Positions 54,201-64,000 of a stretch of 64,000 nucleotides of DNA are shown one piece after another. Each line of letters starts with the position of its first letter. Within the stretch, counting starts at the first letter, position 1. This DNA is from Paragordius varius (lineage: Eukaryota > Animalia > Nematomorpha). A model generated the notes under the pieces. It saw only the letters and a list, made by a program, of their open reading frames with translations. It did no database searches and was not told where the DNA came from. The position numbers and the translations under genes are program-made. The stretch is from NCBI GenBank assembly GCA_964247055.1, contig OZ176053.1, forward strand, positions 3,596,001 through 3,660,000, written 5' to 3'.

Positions 54201-57200
54201 ATGATGTAATTAGCACAGAAAAGAACACGCATCAACAACGTCAACGACCATCCCTTATCAGTAAATTAATGCAAGCAGGTCGTGATTTTATCACCCCTAA
54301 CAACAACAGTAACAGTCATAAGATTATAGAAGGAAATATGATGGCCAGCAATAATAATAATAATCCTTCTAATCCTAATTCTAATAGTGGTTATCCCTCA
54401 GCAGACGAAACATCATCTAATGTTACAAATAGGTTGAATGATACAATAAATACCCCTCATAGTACGTATGATACGTTTACCCCATCAAAAACTACTACAA
54501 CATCATTCCTATCACCTTCATCGTCCCCGTATTCATTTGAGGGTGGTGAAAAACATCCAACTAATATATCCTACGATTCTGCCCAAAACATCAATAATCC
54601 ATACCTAAACGCCTCACAATATTTATTGTTACAGAATAAAGATCCCAATAAAAATTACTATAATTATTATCCCACTAATCCTTCCTCATCAACCACAACT
54701 TCTAGTAGTGATAAACAACCCATAACATATCTTTCCCTATCGTCACCTACTTCATCTGGGAGTATTGGGACGGTAGGACCTGGTCCCCATCCAATCAAAT
54801 CCATTTTAAAGCATCATCGTGATTTTATACCCACTTCTGCTTCAGCGACCCAACCCAAAAATGCCCTTCTATTTTCATCCTCTTCACCCGAAGATAATGC
54901 CAGTAATACGGATGACACCTCTTTAAGTGCGGGCTTTACCCCCTCAACCCAAAGAAGACCAAGTTTTTATTCATCACCGCGGAAACGGAGAGATCGTTTT
55001 GCCAGTCGGCCCTCTATTTTCACGACGCAAATGCGTTACGCTCATTACGTTTGTTCGGGCCTGTATGAGTTGTTAAACTTTGATTTCTGCTTGTTTCTCT
55101 TGATAAGTAAGACAGATCGATACCCATTTATTTTTGTATATATATATATATCGCACATATCAAACATGAATCAAATATAAACGTTTGTGTATATACATAA
55201 ATTTTATTGTGCTAACCACTGAAATTATATACTCACAGTGATTTTAAGCATTTGTGAGAATGATTTAAATACTATTTATTTTATAACCTTATCATCCTAT
55301 ATTTTTCATTATTTAGGTGCTATCCTACGAATCAATCTCATCTCATTGGTTTATTTAGTATTCATGTTGATTGTTCCCTTATTACCGACGCCAACGGCAC
55401 AATTTAAGCTGGGTTATTTTTTTATTATGTTTCACAAAATCTAGATGAATGTCGGACAATGTTTTAAGTTTAATTTTGTAAAAACAATAAATCTTTTGTT
55501 GTTTTTAATCTATTATCCAAATAGATTTTATTGGCCAATTATTTTGGTATAATATTATCATATAAACTAATAATATAAATTTTTCGCGTATTTATTACTA
55601 AATCTACTTTAAATCTTTGTTTTAGCCTATTTTTGAATTATATAAAGACTTAAATAATTTGGTGACCGTTGTAATGTTTGTTCACTGTCTATAATAACGA
55701 TACATTTAGGTTATAAAATATATAAATTTTAAATCAAAGCTGATCAATTATTTAGATTATAAATGACCCCTGACTGAAAAAAGGGGTTATTTAATTTTCA
55801 AACTATAAATATTATTTATTTATTTTTATAAAGGGCACACCGGAAGATTCCTCAAATGTGTCATGATATTCAGTGCTTTAGCTTGTATTGCACACATTAT
55901 TTTCCATGTAACACTTTTGGCGTTACCTCCATACGGGCATATGTTTCACAATTGTAAGTTATCTACAACAGTCATTTAAAATTTTATTTTTTGATCATAT
56001 ATGACCTGGTAACCTTTGATTTGAAAAATTTATTTTTGGATCTATTTTGCCTTTAAAATTTAAGTTGTTTAACATAAATAGAGATGTTTAAATATTTTTT
56101 TTAAAAAATACTTTTTATTCCAATCAGTAATATAGAGTTGATTAAAATGGAAAATTAGTTAATTATTTTTTTGATTTAGAGAGAGGATAATATCATTACA
56201 ATTATATTAATAGTAAAACAAATGAAGATGCATACAAATTTAGGATGTATAAACATCCAAAAAATCATTATCTTACCATTCTTATATTATATTATTATTA
56301 TTATTATTATTATTGTAAATTACTTTTATTTGGCTGAAATATATATGTACTACTTTTAAGGCATACACGTCGTCCTATTTTATTGATTTTTTTATCTTAA
56401 AAAATTTGCTCCACAAAATGAAAATAGATAGATGAATTTTTAGCGTTAACAAAGTTAAAAGGAATGGTGCAAATCAATATCTTTACTCCATATTCTATAT
56501 ATGGCTAAAACTGTTTTTTTTGAAATACACTTTTATTTATAGTAAATTATATTTATAAAAATATTTTACGCAATTTTTAATAGATTTTTTACCCAATGGA
56601 CATAATAATTTTTAAATAAAACATAAGCTATAACTCCTGAATCGCCTTTAAAATGTATAATGCCTATATTTTGGCATTCTAAATAAATGTAATAATTTAA
56701 ATTGTTTAAATATCTGTCTTTAAAACATAATATGTTTCTCGTTATTGTTCTTTAATTATACAAGTTTTACCACAAAACATTTTTTACTATAAAATAATTT
56801 TTTTATGGATTGTCTAATTTTAGTCCTTTCTGCAAAATATCTGTACCACTTATCGCCTTTATGGGCAGTTGTTTCAAAATTTCTTGAAATTTTACATTTT
56901 AAAATATAGACTTATTATTACTTTTTGGCAGCTTCCAACCTATCATTAAAATATATAAAATTGTGGATTCCATTAAAATTTAATCATAATTTAGAAAATT
57001 TTTTAGAATGAAGTTTAAAAAACACTTAAAGTATTAATCAAACCCACTAAGCCATTTAAGTGTTGAACACCCCTCCTGATTTATGACATACAATAAAATT
57101 TGGTTTAATCAAATATTTTTTAACGGTAAAAGAGATTAAAAAAATGTGTGTTCCCCCCTTTTAGGTACACGCATGGAACGTATCGTACGTGAAATTGGTT

Positions 57201-60200
57201 TTCAAACCTTGGACCATGCTTCACCCGTACAAATGACACGTCTCATTGTCCCAGATATCTTGGTGCTCATAGTTAGTTTTTTAGTTTTCCTCTTGTGCCA
57301 CAAAATGAAACCTTACGATGACGTGGATAGACTGGCGCTAATGCACCCATCTATAGCGGCCCCCTCGTCCGGACTCCCACTGGCTTCAAGAAAAACTTTG
57401 ATTGCCGCTCAAATTAAACCACCAACGCCATCATCTAAATTAAATGATAATGTACAGACACAACAGGATAATCAAATGGCCGATGGTATTTATATTTTAT
57501 TTTAGGTAGGGCGCCGGACTCTAACTCTACGTGCCAGAGTTTGTACCCCGAAACTACGCATTTTTTCCATTGTCAGCTCTGGCCTGGCGAGTGATAAAGC
57601 CTTCACATGTCCGGATACAAATTTAAGTCCTTACCCTTTAATAAAAAAGGAAAAAAGAGACTCTAAACTGTATATTATTTATTTTGAAAGAGAAATAATA
57701 TTGGTGCAAAAGGTCGGTATAATTAGGGTAAGAATAAGAAATAATAGGTTGTAAGTAATGTAGTAAATGATTATGGTTTTTTTCCCTAATTTTTTATTTA
57801 TACGCTCACGCGACAATTACATTTATATATGCTAACAATTTTTCCGCCACCCAAAAGTTGCTTTAACCCAAAATATGAATTTTGATCATTATCATTAGTT
57901 TTTTCTATATTATTACTTTTTTAAATTTAACTTATGAATTTTACCTAGACACTTTGTATGATTCATAGATTTATTATTTTTGTTTATAAATTAATTATAT
58001 ATCAAAATAAGATAAACATTTACAGCAAAATTGTATATTTATTATGCATCCTTTTTATTATCTTACAACCTGTCAAAATTTCAATATTATTTTATTAATT
58101 TGGCATCTTTTAAGCAAACTAAAAATTGATACATATCCAAAAATGATGATTACAAACACTCTGTATGACATGTACACAAATTGTAGCTAAAAAATAGTGT
58201 CACCATAATATTTTTTAACTCTATTTTTTTCAAAAATATTTTTTTTTAGTTTTATTCTGATAAGATACAAAAATGGCATAAATCCCTTAAGCAGCTTAAC
58301 TACTAAGATTTGTTAATATATTATCGACTTGGAAATAGTTTTTTGAATCAAGTTATTTTTATGCTTTTAGGTTTCATCTGTTTAATAAACAATTGTACTT
58401 TTTTAATTTTCACAAGAAAATATGGTGTATTTTGGGATTACACGATAAAAAAATTTATATGAAATATGTAAAAATGTTTAATTATTACCCTTGGTAATCT
58501 TACCCATATAGTGTAGACTTTTTAATACTAATCAATATTTGGGTTTAAATTAAACTTTTTTTGTCCGGAACCGTGCAAAAACGTTATATATAATTACAAC
58601 CTATCATTGGGGCTTAAAAAACACTGTTTTTCTCGTTGTAAATAATAAAAACACAAAACAAATAATGGTTAAGTTGTAAAAAGCTACCATATTTATTTAC
58701 TATGGGAATAAATAAAATTCGCATCCGTCGCGATTAAGAATATGTCCCCAAACTAAATCTATAATAGTTTTTAATTAAACAAGTCACCTAACAACAAATA
58801 ATCCATAAATTTAAAAGTTTATCCTAAAAAATAAGCTTGAATTCGTATAAAATAAAATTAATTTTCCACTCCTCATATTTCTAAGTATTTTACCAAAAAA
58901 ATTATTATGCTTTATTTTATATGATATTAGATACTATTGATCCCATTACGGATGCTCAATTACGTGCAAAATTTTCTGGCACCCTAAGGCCAAACGCCCC
59001 TGAAATTGAACGGAGGCGATCATCACTCATAGATTTGGTGGTTGAGAGTGGCCTTAATCTTTTTTCCAATCCGGCTACCCAGGGGGCCAATACCACAGCG
59101 GTATCATCAAAAAGTGCAATGCAAAATTATCCTACAAAAAGAGATGCTCGCTCAAGTATAAACTTGTCTAAAAGGTTGAGAATGGGAACGAGTATTAGCT
59201 CATCTCAACGTATAACAGGTATAGTATATTGTGCTAAAATGATTTTTTGTAGGTTTTTGAGAAGAATTTTATGTTGGGCGTAAAGGTTAAAAATAGTTTA
59301 TCTAAGGTTTGAAGAAAATCATGTGTTCGTTATCATTATATTTACCCATGTTTTCCTTATTAATTATATTTTATTCAACATTTTACCAATTATCGGCGAA
59401 GGTTTTGATATTTTTATTTAAAATGGTATACATCTAACTTGAATAGATAATACAATCTATCCTTATATCTTAAAATTTTTGTCGAGTGTCTGATATTTAT
59501 TTATGACTTTATCATAATCCTCCTGCACAAATACAGTTTTTTTCAGTAAAAACCATCATATTAGTCAAATAACAATTTATGTCTTTTAATAATATATATT
59601 ATTAATTATAATAACAAATTTATCGAAAAAAAACACAATAACATAATTATAGGGCCCCCATTTATTGCCATGATGTGTGAAGGTGCTCTATTTATACTGT
59701 TGGGATTATGTGGAATCATTTATCCAAGCTTACCGGCCCTTTTATATTTTGCTCTTTTCCTGGGTTCTGCCACAGCTTGGGCTTGTTGTCAACGCTTTAT
59801 TTTCCGGACTACACAATTATTTTGCCCGCCAAAAAACAAGGATAAAACTACCGTATCAAATAACCCCAATAGTAAGATTTGTGGATTTATGTTAATACAA
59901 TTAATAATTTTATATTTCGTTTTAACCTCTTGTCTTTCACTTTTAATTTTTAGTGCGTAATGGTTTTTTAAATTTATGGTTATTTAAACAAAAAAATTAT
60001 ATGAAAGATATAACATGGCATGAAATTCGTTTTGTGGACACCTTAAATGATGAAACTATATATTTCCTTTTTTCTCTAAAATTTTCAAGTAATTACTGTT
60101 ATATTTTATAAATGATTTTTTTACAAAAAACATTTTACCACTCATTAAGTTTGTAATTCATTTAGACATATAAGGTTCATGTATTAGTACATTTTTTAAA

Positions 60201-60493
60201 CCTTTTTTTTCATCAAAATGAACAATAAATTTTTTTGTCTAATGTATGTTTAGCTATGTCCCTTGACAATTTATATGAACGCAAATCATCGTCATCTCCT
60301 TCCGACATCAAATACAAACTGTTAATGGCATTAAAATTTTTGCTCCTTATTTATGTGGCAGTTCACATTCTTTTACTCTACATATATCAGTTTGAAACGT
60401 TGCAAATTGTATTACCTCCACAGCATTTGGCTTCCAGGTTTCGAATTATGATGGTTTAATAAATTATTTTATAATAAATGGTTATTTCTTGTA

Positions 60494-60541
<48 letters not shown>

Positions 60542-63500
60542 CGAAAAATTTACAATCTATGGCCTTTAATGTCTTTTTTGAACTTTAATGTAATTGACTT
60601 TTACAACTGCGCTCCACTGCAAGTGTGAATTCTAACGCAAAGATAATATTAATCATTGGAAAACAAAACCACATTTGTGAAAATTACATAAATAATATCA
60701 AAACAAGTCCGGCAACTATTATGTTACAAATAATTTTAACTAAAATTTTGGTATATGTATATATGTCTTATGCAGGGTTATGGGTTTTACTGCCATAGTC
60801 CACACTAATTGTACCGTACCTCATGAAATGAATTTATATCCAGTAGGATGGGACGTCTATATTAATCCAGCTCTTCTCCTGTTTCTTTATTGGATCATAT
60901 GCATGAATATCAAAATTAGTTTAGCGGTAAACCATTTTTTTCTGTGGTAATTTTAAACCCTTTTAAAACACCCTATATTTTTGGAATTTACAGTAATGAT
61001 TTTATACTGACTGTAATATGTTTATGTAATGTAATTTTGGGGCTAATTTACATGAATATTCAAATATATAGTTAAAAAATTTCGAATCAAAAAATATTAC
61101 TATGGACACTAGTGGAAACAACCCTCCAACTTCACGGCGACCATCTCGGATAGCGATGACTGCAAAAGTAATTAATATTTAATATATTATAATATAGTTA
61201 TTACATAATAAATGAACTTGGCTATGATTTTAGAATACTACCAAAAAAATAGATTTTTTCATGATTTAAGTTTGTTTTCAATTATTATAATTGATCTGTT
61301 ACCAATTTAATTATTACACGTATTGATATCACGCTTAATTACTGTTTTAATTATATTATAATGATGTAAAATTCGGTAATATGTTAAGTATATGGGTGGA
61401 CCTATTTATTCTTTTCGTTTTCTCTATCGTCTTCAATAACTTAGATTTTTTGAAGGACATAATTTAATAGATTCTTATATAATTATTATCAATGAACAAT
61501 GTATGATTTATTTGGAATGATGAATCATTAAATATATTCAAAACTTAAATTTTTGTATACTACTAATCAACTTTGTCCAAAATACATGATAAAACCAAAT
61601 AAATATCTAATAAATTTGTTACAGATTATAGATAAGAAATTACATGATGGATCCGGTAATGATACACCCCCAACCGAATATACAGTTAAAACGACAACTA
61701 ACATTGACACTGCCCTAAATAATACCAATAAACCTACCATTAATATTCCAATTATAAGTACTGTTTCAAATGAAAATAATTTAAAAACTCCAGAAGGCGC
61801 ACCTAAAGCCCCACCTTTACCACAATTTTCTACCTCAACTCCTGTCTTACCATACAGCAATCATAGTAATATAACTGTTTTAAAAGATGAGAACGAGTTG
61901 ATTGATAATAAACCACTAGGGAGTGTTGTTAAACGCAAAGTACATCACTTATCAGATATCAGTAATAATCCAATAAATGGTGATGATGATGTAAGACGAC
62001 TACCATCTACTGTAAAAGCTACCCAATTTAGGGACAATGTTATTGGAACTTCAAAGTCGGACACCTATGCATTAATGAACGAAAAAAAGTACGTGGTAAA
62101 AAGGGAATTTAGATGGCTACTGACATAAATAATTATTATCAGTAAACTATTATTTTTGAAACATAATATTTTACCTCCTTTTCTTTGTTTAATAATGATT
62201 TTTTTGTGGCAAGTTTTTTATTTCAGTTGGGGCAAAAATAATAATACATTTTATATATTTTGCATTTGTCATCTATTTTTTTTCGTAAATTATCATAAGT
62301 TTTTTACAAAAAAAAAGTTGTACTATAATCCATTGGTGCAAAATTATTAATTTATGTTTTTTCATCTTGATAGAAAGAAATCGTTCACACACACGGAGGG
62401 AAGGCAGAGTACTTTGCAAAAGCATCGAAAACACTGGACCAAAAAGATATCCCCGTTATATTACATCTTTGCTGCACTTGTTAACGTTATTATACGTCAA
62501 ACTTATGTCATATCTTTGATTCTCATGATGGTATGATAATATCATTAAAACTTTTTAAATCATTTAGAGATTATTGTTTAAAATTTTATGAAAAACGGTT
62601 CTATAAAAATCGCTCAGTCAATCTAAACGTTTCTCATCATTCATATTGATCGAGAAAATGTTTATATTCAATAGGAAAACGATTTGATTGAACAAAAAAA
62701 AGTATGATTAGTTATTGGTAAACCGTTTTTAGAGTGTAAAAAGGTATATTACAACATTATTGCTTTTTAAATAGGTATGGGCCATAACATATCATTCATG
62801 GTTGACATTTGTCTTCTTGATTTGGGCATGTATTGTATGGATTACACCCAATAGTCGAACGGCTTGTCTGTATAGTTCACCCTTTTTCGTAGCATATGCT
62901 ATGATTCTCATCCTTCTTCAATACATATATGGCTTAAAATTAACCAATTCTGAACTCCCTTCAGGGAGTTATCATGATTTCCCACTCACCCAATTCGGGC
63001 TGATAAAGTATCGATACCCTTGTTTGCCTTTAGCTCTAAAGACTATATACACTTGCTTGTTTTGGATAACTATGCGACAATTCATTATTGAAAAGAAGGA
63101 AGCTAATGTCACCAAAGTCGTAAGTATAGATGGACAACATTCTCAATTCATACGGGGTTCGCTTAAACCATCAGATATTGCTTCACAAGATGGGACACGC
63201 ATTACATCACGTCTCGGGGATATGGCTTATTGGTTGTGCGTTAAATATTGGATCCTTATATGTTGTGGTTTCCTACTCTTTATGGGTATATCATCATCCA
63301 ATGTTGTCCTCTACCGCATTGGATACGTTATGTTTTTCGTATTTTTTCTCATCGTTTTCCAAATTGCTTACAGGGTATGGCGCCTAACTATGTACGCTTT
63401 TTGGCTCTTTCTCATAGGCTATTCCATGATAATCCTAATCCTTATTTACACGTATCAATTCGAAAATTTCCCTGAGTTTTGGCACAATCGTACCCGATTA

Positions 63501-63884
63501 TCGTATGAATTCTTGAGGGATGTTGGCCTTGAACAATACGATACAAAAATGTTGTTTGTTCGACTGTTTACACCTACGGCCTTCATTGTCATCATTATAT
63601 TGCAAGTCCATTATTTTCATAAACCGTTTATGGAATGGTGTGATGTGGAGAAAAGAGCAACCGTTTCCCTAGACAGCAAAGATGACCTGCTAAGGTTGCG
63701 TGCCTCCGAACGCCGACTCCAAATAAACTTGAAGGAGAAAGAGGTGTTAGTCTATTACTTTTATTGGTTTTTGGGACGACTTGCCTATTACTGGCGTATT
63801 GGTGCACGTTATGCTTGGAGAGCTGCTCATATCCATTGCTTTAAACTTGTGGCTCTTGCGCTCATGTTTTTGGCCATTTACGAG
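51274..63884 (+). CDS. Piezo: Piezo mechanosensitive channel, 5' part (continues beyond the window)
   Basis: Exons 51274-51346, 55317-55412, 55834-55953, 57165-57485, (57510-57626 tentative), 58931-59218, 59653-59871, 60254-60437, 60776-60926, 61072-61167, 61625-62088, 62374-62530, 62775-63884, all phase-compatible. Motifs LRINLISLVYL, GHTGRFLK, RLIVPD, PSLPALLYF, MMVWAITYHSWLTFVFLIWAC, LYRIGY, FTPTAF...ILQVHYFH. Confidence 0.9.
51606..51809. mobile_element. 204-bp hAT-Charlie-like MITE
   Basis: GAGTGGTATTCAAAC / GGTGAGTACCACTG termini; perfect TSD GATTAGAT. Confidence 0.85.
52000..52270 (+). pseudogene. Possible hAT transposase C-terminal remnant
   Basis: Disrupted YLCISLLLHP*FHVKRFSMSVMNNLCS resembles the hAT dimerisation region. 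Confidence 0.3.
53747..55106 (+). CDS. Probable alternative first exon of Piezo: 453 codons, Ser/Asn/Pro/Thr-rich disordered region plus a hydrophobic segment
   Basis: ATG 53747; stop-free frame of 477 aa; strong phase-1 donor A|GTAAGA at 55107 compatible with Piezo exon 2; preceded by GLYELLNFDFCLFLLI. Confidence 0.7.
60497..60539. repeat. (TA)n microsatellite
   Basis: About 21 TA units in a Piezo intron. Confidence 0.95.
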
Positions 63885-64000
63885 GTAGCATTACATATAA
63901 TTTTTATCATTTTAATTCAATCGTAACATTTAATATATGTTTTAATTTGATATATCTACCGTAAATTTATTAATAAATATACTGAATAAATTGCTTAGTT

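Noticed and set aside
63130-63475. Alternative-frame ORFs within the long Piezo exon
   Set aside because: Off-frame shadows without start context or recognisable motifs.

Overview
Very AT-rich eukaryotic DNA, almost certainly from an invertebrate animal (it has Piezo, a rhodopsin-class GPCR and a FET RNA-binding protein); the species cannot be identified from sequence alone. I spliced seven genes by hand into intact frames: IMPA (+), FET/cabeza-like (-), GMPR (+), a divergent class A GPCR (+), RFT1 (-), DHODH (+) and the 5' part of Piezo (+, runs off the window). There is also one orphan ORF. The ORF track fragments these genes because they contain ultra-short GT-AG introns: 18 firm introns of 22-31 nt (13 of them 22 or 23 nt), then none until 84 nt, then long transposon-filled introns. 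In four housekeeping genes all micro-introns precede all long introns. RFT1 and DHODH start codons are only 41 bp apart, head-to-head. Piezo intron 1 contains a probable alternative first exon encoding about 430 disordered residues plus a substitute TM1. The non-coding space is dominated by MITEs (TTAA-, TA- and 8-bp-TSD types), decayed hAT transposases, an RTE LINE and an inverted pair of Penelope fragments. No rRNA, tRNA or CRISPR array was recognised. All gene models are manual and not confirmed by RNA data.
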